Position numbers and translations under genes: made by a program
Part shown: positions 24,501 to 36,500 of the stretch, piece after piece
How the letters are laid out: every line of letters starts with the position of its first letter
Position numbering within the stretch: the first letter of the stretch is position 1
Notes under the pieces: model-generated
Seen by the model: the letters and a program-made list of their open reading frames with translations, nothing else
Database searches by the model: none
What the model was told of the DNA's origin: nothing
NCBI GenBank assembly: GCA_905178155.1
Contig: CAJINV010000002.1
Location: 146,354 to 210,353 of the forward strand
Length of the DNA: 64,000 bases
Reading direction: 5' to 3'
Source of the DNA: Amoebophrya sp. A120
Lineage: Eukaryota; Protista; Dinoflagellata

Positions 24501-27500
24501 CGTCGTTGGCGTGCCTTAATTTGCTGGCAATCACTCTGTACTACGTCAGGTTTGATGCCAGCGCGAGGACCACTCTGCAGTCCGGAAGCAGGTTCTTTCT
24601 GCTCACTTTTCACCGCAGCCAACAGTCCGGAAGCAGGTTCTTTCTGCTCACTTTTCACCGCAGCCAAACCAGCAGGCTTCGCCGCTTTCCTCGCCGCTCT
24701 GTTCGCAAATTCCCGCGCCCGCTTCTCCTCCTCATCCAGCACCGTTGTCAACGCCTCGACCCGCCGCCGTAAATTCAGCACCATGGCCCAAAACTGCGGA
24801 CAACGAACGCAAATGTACATCATAAGGATGAAGTGGTACTGTTTTTTTTGCTTCGGTCCCAGCCACGGCGCTTCCTTCTCCGCCCAGGTGGATAGGAAGT
24901 GTTCGATCGTTGGCCTGTTGCTCGTGGTCTCAAAGCTCTGATGAGCAGCCATGATCGAGTTTGGCTTCGGCGCAACATGGTGTTGTCTACGCGCAATCCT
25001 TCTCGATGTTGATTTCCTGATGCCGGAATTGAGCGAAGCGTGTAGGAGGTTAGAAAACAAACCATCGTCATCGGAGTTTAGCGACCCGTCGGAATGATCT
25101 GCTCCGGGCATCGCCGAGCCGTCGTTTTCATGTTCCACTCCGCAGCTAATGTTAGTAGTTGTAGTACCTCTAGAAGAAGATAAAACCGAAACGACGATTT
25201 TCCCCTCGTTATCGGAAGACAGATACTGCTGACCACCGCCTTCGTCATCCGAGGACAAGAATCCGTTCGATCTTTCTGGCGGCGCGAATAAAGCCTGTGG
25301 CACGGTGAAATGCCCCTCGTAGTACTCTCGGTCCATTTTGTCCAAAAAGCCGTGTTTTTTCTTCAAGTCCAGAAACAGCGCACTGACCATGCAAATTTGT
25401 CTTGCGAAAGCAGGTAGGTTGTTCTCTGAGTCGATGAATCTGGTCGCGTTTTTTGCCGCTTTTCGGTATTCGCGTAAAACCACCGGATGTAGGCGTTTCT
25501 GAAAAGCGACTTCGTTACAGCTGGTGAGATCCAAGTCGAAGTCTTCTAGTACTGCTTCTGCTCCCGATGAAGCAGTACCATGCTTCCCAGCATGTAGTTG
25601 CAGATCAAACACCGGCGGACAACTCGTACTCGTGACCAGAAACTGCAAGTCCGCTGCATTTCCCGGAAAGTCGTGGTTTCGGTGAAACAGGCTGACTCTG
25701 AGATCGTGGAGGGTTTTGATAAAACCCTGGAATTTCTTTTCTTTGTCCAGTTCCGACATGTTATCCATTGTTTTGTACCCGAAGAACGTGTACGGTCTCG
25801 ACGTAAAACGACCATTTCGAACATCATTTTGCTCCACGATAAACTCCGGTTTCTGTTCGGATTCTGGCGTTTTGGGGAAGGAGGATTCGATATCCTGTGC
25901 AAAAGTATCGTACTCGTATTGCAGTCATACATGACAAATCTTTGTTTTATGGTCAATCCGCATTTACAAATTTTATCTCTCATGCTGAGGAAATTTGTAA
26001 TGCATTTCTACGATTACGATACTTTTGCAGTTCATATTCGAGCCTGGGGTTGCGGAGTTTGAAGAAACCGGTTCTCGTTTTGATTTATGAAATGAGAATA
26101 TAACTGGGTCTGGAAATTTCTGATGCTAGAATGTGCATCATGAAAGCCCTTCCTTATGCAGCAAAGCATGACAAGTTTGCATAACGCTTTCTCATACGCA
26201 ATTCGCATGAGACGCTGCGTTTTTGTATGACAAGAAAGGCTGCGACTTTTGTTCTTGGTCATGCAATACAGATTTCACAAGAATGTAAGAGCAGCAATAC
26301 AAGTTCCAACTTTCAAGACCCAGACATGTTTGCAATCCATATGATTTCCAAGTTGGAGAAAGTTTGCGGCGTTTGGTGTTGGACAAGAACAGCTTTCGGA
26401 GGTGAAAGAACTTCTGCTACCTCTTTGGCAAGGACAGGTTCCTGCTCTTGCACCTTCACGACCGTGGTCGTGGGGCCATTCATGATCGCCCTCGACGCTA
26501 GATGGACCTGCAGCACTTTATCGGTAGCCTGTTCTTCCGCATCTTCTGGTCTAATATCTGCTGGTGCCGCCTCCTCGGCTCCATCAAAGACGGTAGAATT
26601 TGTGTGCGTGTCGTGATGATCCCCCGAAGTGGAAGTAGTAGCATCATCGTCAACATCTCCGCAACTTCTTGTCGTTCTCCTGTCCAAAAGCCCGTCGTCC
26701 ACTTCGTCCCAATTCTCAACACTTGCCCCATGAAGTTCCATCTGCGATGTTGCGAATTGCAGAAATCTCGCTTGGGATTCTGTGAGCCGGGGGAGCGCTC
26801 CTGCTTGTAGTTCTGATGCCCCCACTTTAGCAGTATTGTGGACCACAGGTTTTGATTTTTCAATACTGAGAGGACCACGATCGGCCGCTATCCGCTTCCC
26901 GGTGGCAACCAGCTGGTACTCCACGTGAAGCCCGCTTCGGAGCTTGTTTTCATGAGCACCGGCACAGGTTGTAATAGCGCGGTCTGCGTCATCTGTTTCT
27001 GTCGTGCGAAGTAGACTTCTCTCGGGAAGAGCATCTTCGAGTGCAGCTGACTCTTTGTCGTGCTCCAGAACGTCAAAAATCGGCGCCATGTGCTCCAGGC
27101 CGTCCAAAACCGCCTTCGCGCTAGCGCTGTTCTCCTCGAAGAGCCCGAGGTCTGCGAAGGTTAGGCTGGTTTCTTCCGTTTTCTGCATCACAAAGCTGCT
27201 TTCCATCCCCGTGTTTTCTGCATGACAAAGCCCAGCTTTCCTTAGCATCTCCACATCCGTTTTCCGCAGCGTCAAGTGCCCGAACGCGGCTCGCAGATCC
27301 TTGAGTAATTTCGCGAACGCCGGACCTGTTTGCGCTGCCGGCGTCGAGTTGGAGTTTGTGTTGCGAAGGGTGGACGAGACGAGTGCGTCTTTCTCATGCT
27401 GTTTCCCATTCCCGTCCCCGAAGATGTCCAAAGGCAAATCCGGCATCGTCTTCCCTTCATGCCGGTTGATTCGGTAGTCGATGGCATCCTATGTAAAAAC

Positions 27501-30500
27501 GTCCCCACCCCATAGTCAAGATGGGGAATCGGCTAGACAAATCCACAAGTTTTGGCTGTCTTGCATGACAAATTTGGAGTTGTAGTGTAGTGCTGTTTGA
27601 GGTAGTTCAGCAGCATCACAGATCCAGTATACCAAGCTGATTGGAGCTCGACAAAATGCAAGACGCGAATTATAGAAAATTCAAATTCTTGTCATGGGGC
27701 TCCGCATGAGAAACATTCTCAGCATGCAGATTTGCATAATACAACTATGTTGGGGTGAGGATGTTTTTAAATACGATAGATGGAGAGAAGATTTGCGCCT
27801 GGCGGCGGAGTGAAAAGATCAACTTCTTCCTCCGTGCTCGCTGCTTCGCTATTCATCCCTCGGCAACTCCCATTCCTGTCCCTGCGGGCGGTCGTCCTGC
27901 TCTTCAAAAGTTTTTCAATCTCGTTGAACTTCGCTTCGTCGAATTTCTGCTGCGTCTCGAACAGTTTCGTTTCGCTGTGTTTCTTATGAACTGCAAAAGT
28001 ATCGTACTCGTCGTAGTAATTGCAATCATGCATTAGCATTACAAGTCTTTTTCTTAAAGGTAAATCCGCATTACAAATTTTATTTCTCATGCGGAGAAAA
28101 TTTGTCATGCATTCATACGAGTACGATACTTTTGCAGTCCATATTTCTGCATCACAGCTTCAACATCCTTCCACTGCACGTCCCTCGCGCCCGGCCCAGC
28201 CATTTCCCCCGCACGCACCATCTCGTCGAGCAGCTCTCTATGCCGTTTCGCGATCGGGCAGCACGATGATGAAAATTTGTCATGCGTGTTAGGAGCCCCC
28301 GCTAGGGACGCCGTCGCTGACGAAGGTCCACCTACCTCTGTTGCCCGGGTATTGTTCGCGTCGAAAAATTTGTCCAGATTCTCCAATAGCCGGCACAACA
28401 CATTTTCTTTCTCGAAAAACTCGGCTTTGGCTTTTTCGTAAAAAGGTTGGAAGTGCTGTAACTCCAGCTCGACTTCGTGAATTTTTTTCTCCCGTTTTTC
28501 GATTTCCTTCTGGAAAAACTCCACTTCCGGCTTGGACTTTTCGATCCCCTGCTGTTGTTCCTTTTTCAAACTTTTTTTCTTCTTCTGAAACGCTTTCAAC
28601 ACCGATTCCGTGTGGGCGTGGGCCATGAGAAGCTTTTCCTTCTCCTTTTGCAGAAGGTCTTCGAATTGTTCTCGCTTCGGTAAAATCGTTTCGAATTGCG
28701 TGTCGGATTTGTCGTTCGGGTTAAAGCAGTCGGAGTCGTCCGATAAAGCATTGGTATTTTCGTCTTCTTTTACTTCATCACCAGCTTGTTTTTTTGTCAA
28801 GCAGAAGTCAGGAGACACAATTTTCCTCCGCTTCTTCATCTCCTCCTTCTCAAGCCGTAGCTCCAGCTTTTCCCGTGCCTGTTCCTGTATTTTCTTCAGT
28901 TCCACGTGCGGCCGTTCGTGTTTCGCCACTTCCTTTATCTTCTCTGGGATTTGCAGGAAATACAAAATCTTGATTTTCTTCACTTTCTCTTCCAATTTCT
29001 CGATTTCCGCGAGGAGCTTCTCTTTTTCCAAAACTTTATCGTTGTAGAACTCCTGTCTGGCCTTCACCAATTTCTGTCCGTCTTTTTTCAAATGGTTCTT
29101 GTAGACCGTTATCACCCTGACCCACTCGTTTTTCTGTTCTTGTCGTTTGTGTTTCAGCTTTTCTTCGAGGTAGTGGAGTTCTAGAATGTTTTCGCACTTT
29201 TTCCTCAACTCGGCTTCCTGTTTCTTCAGAAAGGTGGCCGCTGCTCGTCGTTATGCATCGCAAACGTATCGCACGGCACTTGTAGCAAGTGCAACTGTAT
29301 GACAAATCTCCTTCTTAAGGCAAAGCAGCACGAGAAATTTCATCTGCCATGCTGAGAAAATTTGTAATGCAACCACTGCTACTAGCACTAGTACGGTACT
29401 TTTGCAATCCATAGTTGTGCTTGTAGTTCCGCATGAGAAAGAAGAGCTTCTGCTTCTTCATCCTCCTCGACCAAACACGGATCAAACGGCTTCTCCGAGT
29501 CCCAACTGCACAGCGGCTTGCTTCGATTCATTTCCGCATGGGAAAGCCCGAGCTTCCGGCTCTGGTTTTCCATTTCTAACGCTCTCCTTAATCCCTTCTC
29601 ACTTGTCCGCTTTAGCGAATCCAGAGCGAAATCTTCCAGGATCTCCTGGTCTTCCCGAAACCCGTGCGCGCTGTCCAGTAAAGGCGTTTGCACCGCCGCT
29701 TGGGTGGTTAAGTCCTGGTTCCCAAATCCCCTATCCTGCCGTTCCATTTTCTCCAACTCAAAAGCCACGTCCGCGCATCGCATTTTGTCCTTGTAATTCT
29801 CCACGAACACCTTCTGTCCAATTTGCTGCTTCGGTTTTACAAACCTCTCCTTGTAAAACAGCCAGTCCCTTCCGACCGGCCAGAGATTATGGGGTGTTTA
29901 TCAAATGCAAATATGGAGTCATCTGGGTCCACTGGAAAAATGCAAGTTTGTCATGCTTGTCTGGCATGACTCTTAAATCTGTGATGCATGAGCAGGAAAT
30001 AAAGGGCCTCGTCTTGCCTGTCATGCACAAACGCAGTTTGTCATGCGAGAAACGAAACACATAGCAGCGCAAAAACTTGTCATGCTGGGCTTCATGTTGC
30101 AGCGCGCCCCCGAATTCGTAGATTTGCATCACAAGTTTCCAGACCTCCCAGACACATTTGCACTTTGCATAGTGTTTGCACAGACACCAAATCCACCATC
30201 TCGTCGTAGGTCGGTACCGGTGCGGGTGGATATCCTGTGCAAAAGTCTCGTGCTCGTATTGCGATCATGCATGACAAATCTTTTTCTTAAGGTAAATCAG
30301 CATTACAAATTTCATTTTTCATGCTAGCGAAATTTGTAATGCATTTCTACGAATACGATACTTTTGCAATCCATAGTGGAACGCACTCCACGAATTTGTT
30401 GTGCTTCCGGCGGTTTGTCGAAATGTGTAGCCACATCTGCACGGTGAGAGACCTACTGCTCGCGATCCACTGGGAATCAGTGCAAACCGGGATCTATGCA

Positions 30501-33500
30501 TTGCAAACACGACCCCTGCTGGATGTCTGGAAGACTGCGAACTTGTGATGCGCGTTGCGGGTGACACAAAAATCTGTTTTGCCTGGCTTGCAAAAGATGC
30601 GATATTTCCGAAGCCGAAAGCGAATTTCTCATGCAGAATAGGCATTACACCCAGTGGTTTTTGCAGAACTTTTGATGCTAAGCCCTGCATTGCAGATATT
30701 GCGGAGCTTGGAAAAAATGCATGACAAATCTCGCAATGTGCCAGACCCAGACAAGTTTGCATTTGATAGGATCCGCATTTTGTTCCCATGACAGTCTTCC
30801 ACTACCTCCCGGCCAAACCGGAACTTCGCAATCCCGACGGGCTTGTTCGGGCGGTTTTCCGGGATGAGCCTTTCCGTTCGCTCCGGCTGCCCCGGCTCCT
30901 TGATCTTGAAAAAATTCCCCTTGTCGTTGTACGGCATGCGCAACCCGTTCTGCTCTTGCACGACGGAAGCGTGTATGAATTGCAAACATGTCTGAGTCTC
31001 TGGAAGATTACAGCTTGTCATGCAAAGTTTCAATCACAAAAGAATCTGTGTTGCGTGAACGCCAGCGGCAGCCCACTTCTTGCTAGGCAAAAAGCGGATT
31101 TCTCATGCGGGATAGGGATCAGGAAGGTCTCGCAGAATCTGTGATGCTTCTGTGTGCATTCTAGACCATGCGCGTGGTCGGCGAGATGCATGACAAATCT
31201 TGCATTCTTCCAGACCGAGACGTATTTGCATTTGATAGCATCGAATATTTGATCCAAAGTGTTGGTCGGGTGAGCCTGCTATCCTGTGCAAAAGTATCGT
31301 ACTCGTAGTAATTGCATTCATGCATTACAAATCTTTTTCTCAAGTTAAATCAGCATTACAAATTTAATTTGTAGTGCTGGGCTAATTTGTAATGCAATTT
31401 ATACTAGTACGATGCTTTTGCAGTTCATACCTGCAAATAGATCATCTGCAGCAGGTATGAGAGTGCACAACTTCCCCTCCCACTCATTTGCATAGCATGG
31501 TTGGCAATACACGTATCAGCAAGATTTTTGCCGATTTTGCATCACAGATTTGCACTGGAGCATAGGGCTATTTGGGCTACCAGAACTTGTCATGCAAACA
31601 GTGCCAAGAGGCAAAGGATGGATAGGGTATTTTGCATGACAAATGAGGGGGAGAGGAGTAGTTGTGCACGGCCATAGCACGTCCCAGGCCTTGTTGCTTT
31701 GCGAAGTTTTTTCCATCAGGGCCGTGATGTACGCTGTTCCAAAATCTCGGACCATCTTCCCCGAGGAAATATCCCTCGTTCGGTCGATCAAGATGTCCAG
31801 CCACATCAAGTGGTAACTCGAGCGCAGCTATCAACTGTAAAAATGTCTGGGTCTGGAAGATTCTGACGCTTGTCATGCACGTTTTGCATGAGCCATTATG
31901 TCTGTGATGCATACCGTAGCAATACAGATTTTTTGAGGGCTTCTTGATGCCTATTCTGCATGACAAATGCCTTCTCAGCGTAGCAAAAGTTGCATTCTGT
32001 TTGCTACTCATGCAACACAGATTTTTTTGGAATCCAAATACAGCATCACAAGTTGCATTCTTCCAGACCCAGACATTTTTGCATTTCATAGCAGCATCGC
32101 TTTCCCCGTGTTGAAACCCCCCGCATCGTAGACGACGACGACGAGCTCTTGTAAGTGCGGGAACTGTATCAAGTGCAAATATGTCTGGGTCTGGAAACTT
32201 GTGATGCTAGTTTGTGAATGGTGGGCGCACTGCGTTACGCAGCCACGCATGACAATGTGTTCTGAGCTCCTACGTGTTTCGCTTCCCGCATGACAAACTC
32301 AATTTTTGCATGCCAGGTAAGAGGCTGCTACTTCCCTGCTCATGCATTACAGATTTAAGAGTCATGCGAGACAAGCATGACAAACTGGCTTTCTTCCAAA
32401 CCCAGACTCATATTTGCACTCGATAAACTGCATGTGAATCGCCAACGCTCGTTCCTCCAAAAATTTCCCCGGGCTCGCACTTTGCTCCGGGTGGTGGATG
32501 ACAAACGAGTTCGGCGGGATCGAATACTGCCCCAGGTTTTCCCAATCCGAATACGCGTTCATGTCCAAATCTTCCATGTACGGGTGTTGGGGCGTCTGCT
32601 TCTCAATCAGAAACGTCGGGATGTGATGTCTATACAGCCAGGACAGGCATCGCTGCACCGTATGGGATTCTCAAACGCCGCACGCTCAGCTGCTTTTACA
32701 TGATTTGTCATGCAAAATGAGGAGCAACATCCACACGGTGAAGGTACTTCGCATGACAAATTTTGGAAAGGCTAAACAGCACCGAAATCTGTGCGGAATT
32801 TGTAATGCTACAGGTGCAAGAACCTCCCGTCTCTGACTTTTCCCATTCTTGCATTACAAATTCATGTCGAACAGCTAAGAATGTAGCATTTGAGAGCTCC
32901 ATATAATGTGTGTTGCGTTTCTGCATCGTCCGGAAATCCCCACTATCAAATGCAAGTATGTCTGGATCTGGAAGGTTGAACCTGTATTGCGTGTTTCGCA
33001 TTCCTAAAAAATCTGTATTGCATAAGCAGCAAATATAGGGCCGCACTTTCGTCATGCAAAAGCGCAGTTTGAAATGGGTTCTTCGCATGAGAAAGCGTTT
33101 GAAACATATTGTCATGCTGCACTGCACTTACAGGCACAGTCAATCATGACCTTCCAGCATTACAAGTTTCCAGACCTCCCAGTAGACATATTTGCGATCC
33201 ATACCCACTTCCCGGTGTTTGTAAAGGGGTTGCAGCTCGCGCCGGACAACGATGGGTGGGTGATCGTTTCGCTGTCAGCATTGAGAGCCAGGTCGTGCGC
33301 GAGGAAGAACTCGCGGATGCCTTCAAATTTCTCCCGCTGCCACGGCGGCATGAATTTCATCATCTTGAAACTGTAGAGTTTGTTGTAAAAGGTCGTGTTG
33401 CGCGGCCCTTGCCATTATCCAATGCAAATATGTCTGGGTCTGGAAAAATGCAGGTTTGTCATGCTTGTCTCACATGACTCTTGAACCTGTAATGCGTGAG

Positions 33501-36500
33501 CAGGAAAAGAGCCTCTTGCCTGTCATGTAAAAATGTAGTTTGTCATCCGGAAAGCGAAACACAAAGGAGCCCAGAAACTTGTCATGCGTGGCTGCCCATT
33601 TTTGCAGTGTTCCCACAATTCATAAATTAGCATCGCAATTTTTCAGACCCAGACTTCTACATATTTGCAATGCATAGCCACTCGCTTTCCACGCCAAACC
33701 CCAGGTGGTCGACGATTTGTCCGCGCATGATGATCCGGGACCCGAGTTTTTCCCCCGTTATGTGAAATAGATTTGACACGTATTCCTTATCTTCCCGTTG
33801 CTGGATTTCGGTTTTTATCCTGTGCAAAACTAACGTACTCGTCGTATAAGTGCATTGATTAGCATTACAAGTTTCCTCAGCATGACAAATGAAATGTCTA
33901 ATGCGGATTTCCCTTAAGAAAAAAATTTGTGATGCATGATTGCAATACGACGAGTACGATACTTTTGCAATTCATAGTTTTCTTCTCCTTCAAGTTGCTG
34001 AACAGAATCCCCGACAGATCCACGACGACATCCTCAAACATTTTGTGGTGCTCGGGGTTCTTCCGCACAATCAAGTAGTGCGTCAACATCTGGATTTGTC
34101 CGTCCGGCCAGACGCAGATCGTGCATTTCCTAGTGGTCTCGCGCTCCAGTCTCTTCTCGTAAACTTCGAATTGCTCCGGATACAGGAACATGGTTTCCTG
34201 ATTTTTCTCCGGCGCGGGCGTCCAGGACCAGCAGCATGTGACGAAGTACAAACACTGATCGGGCGCAAACTCCATAGGAATGTTCCCGATCACGCCTCCC
34301 GCCCGCCAGTCGAAGTTTTTCACGAACAGCCGCCCCTATGAATTGCAAAAGCAGCGTACTAGTAGTAATTGCAATACAAATTACCTCAGCACTACAAATT
34401 GAATTGTTTTTGTAATGCGGATTTGCCTTAGGAACTAGATTCGTAATGCATAAATGCAATCAGTACGAGTACGATACTTTTGCACCGGATAGTCCCTGCA
34501 GCATCACCATCTCGTGGTGAAAGCGGATAAAATGCGCGGTGGTCTCTTCGATCGGAGAATCGGTTTGGATGTACTTCCGCCAGTTCCGCGCGACCCGTTT
34601 TTCTTCTACGGTTTCGAGCCACTGGATCTGTTCTATGGCGCTCTCAACTGTTACATTCTCAACTGTTTCCATGATTTGTCATGCAAAATTGCCTTGACTA
34701 CCGACGCCATCAAGCTGCTTCGCATGACAAATTGAAATTATCAGACGGCCAAACAGGATGAGAATCTGTGCCAAATCTGTCATGCAAGACGCGCAACGTT
34801 CTTCCTTTCGCTTTTGCCTTTCTTGCATCACAAATTCATGTAACGGCTGAGAATGTAAGAGTTGAGAACGCCATATGTTCCTTCAAGTCGTCCTCGGCAG
34901 CGTGGGCGGATTTGAAGCTGTTTTTCAAAGCCGGCTTTTTCGGTTTGGCTTTTTTCACTTTCGGGGAGGCAAATTCCCCGTCACTCGTTTCCGCCTCCGC
35001 GGCTTCCAGGACCGCCTCCCGCTGCAGTTCCAATTCTCGTATCTTCTTTTCCCGCTGCTCACAACGAGCTTTTTTCCGGCAGAATCGCCATCGCACCTGC
35101 CGGTTTGCCTCGCAAACCTGCATGTTGTGGTCGTAAAGTTTTTGGACTTCGCGCAGCTTTTGGTCCTCATAGAAATCCTCGTTGGCAACTTTGTCCAGGA
35201 TTTTCAAGCTGTGTTTTGACCAGTGCGGGTGAAGTTTTGGTAGGGCTTCCAGATTTTCTCGGGTGAGGAAGGAGTTCGTTGTTTTATTTCCATCTGGGTC
35301 CTCGACATTATTGCCTTCCTGCCATAAGCGCAGGTGGGGTTTCCGTGCCGTTTTGGAGGTTGTACACGGACCTCCGCCACCTGGCATGTAGTTGGTGCCG
35401 GACCTCTCTTGATGTTTCTCTCCTTGATCTTTGTCTTGATGCTGCAGAGGAGCCAATGCTTCAGCGTGATCATGATCCCCAAAGCTACTTGCAAATTCGT
35501 CCAGGTCTAAGCTCTCCACGGATTCAAACCCCATCGACTCGGTGCTGTCACTGTGCTGATCTAACGTCGAGTCGGAGAAACAAATGTCCGGGAAATCGTT
35601 GCTGAAGGCCTCCTGAAATTGTGCGTCATCTTTTTTTGCAGCGTGAATTCCCGCCACGATCCCTTTCCGCCACCGCATGCCCCGCTTGCTTTTCGCGAAC
35701 TTTTGCTGCTCCGGGTAGTCGGTCACCCACTCCCCTGCTGCAGAATACCAGTCCCAGTCCCGATCCATCTCTGCTTTGTTATCCCAAAAGACCAGATCGA
35801 TGTCGACACCAGCCGCCTCCCGTTGCGCACGCGACGTGTATTTCGCGTAAAAGTAGTTTGTCTTTTCCTTCTCGACCTTGCCCCGACGTCTACGCGAAGT
35901 GGTCTTGTTGTTGATGTTCCCTCCCGAAACTAAAGACGAATTATTTCCTCGCTGGTCGTGCAGGTTGTTGCGCATTAATTCGTCCGCCTGGTCTTTCATT
36001 CTCCCACTGGTCTTCAATTTCTGCATAAAACTTAACTGCCTGTGCATCTTCGAGAACACAACCCCAACCCCCGACGCAGCAGCAGCAGCAGTAGCAGCTC
36101 CCTCTGGCTTCACACTTCTCCCGCGCTTCGTGAACCACTTCAAGCCGTCCAAGATCACGTTGCCCACTAGCGGCTTCAGTCTCGCAGTAGGTGTGGAAAT
36201 CCAAATTTCCCCGTTTTCCGCCCGGACGGTGACCAGTAGGTGTTGGTTGGGTAGCACGTACCCGCAAAATTTCACGTCGTGGCACGGAAAGTCGAGAGGA
36301 TCTGCGATCTTGCCGACGCGCACCCCCTCGTAGGGCCACGCGCGGGGCGGGCGATCCTTGTCTGCTTGGGAGATCTTGACCGTGTGTTTGCTTCGCTTTT
36401 CTCTCTTCTTTTGGAGAAGATGACGAGAGGGTTTAGAAGGAGGAAACTCGTCGTCCACGACTTTATTTTTGGGGTTTATTTTCCGGACGGGCCTGGTTCC

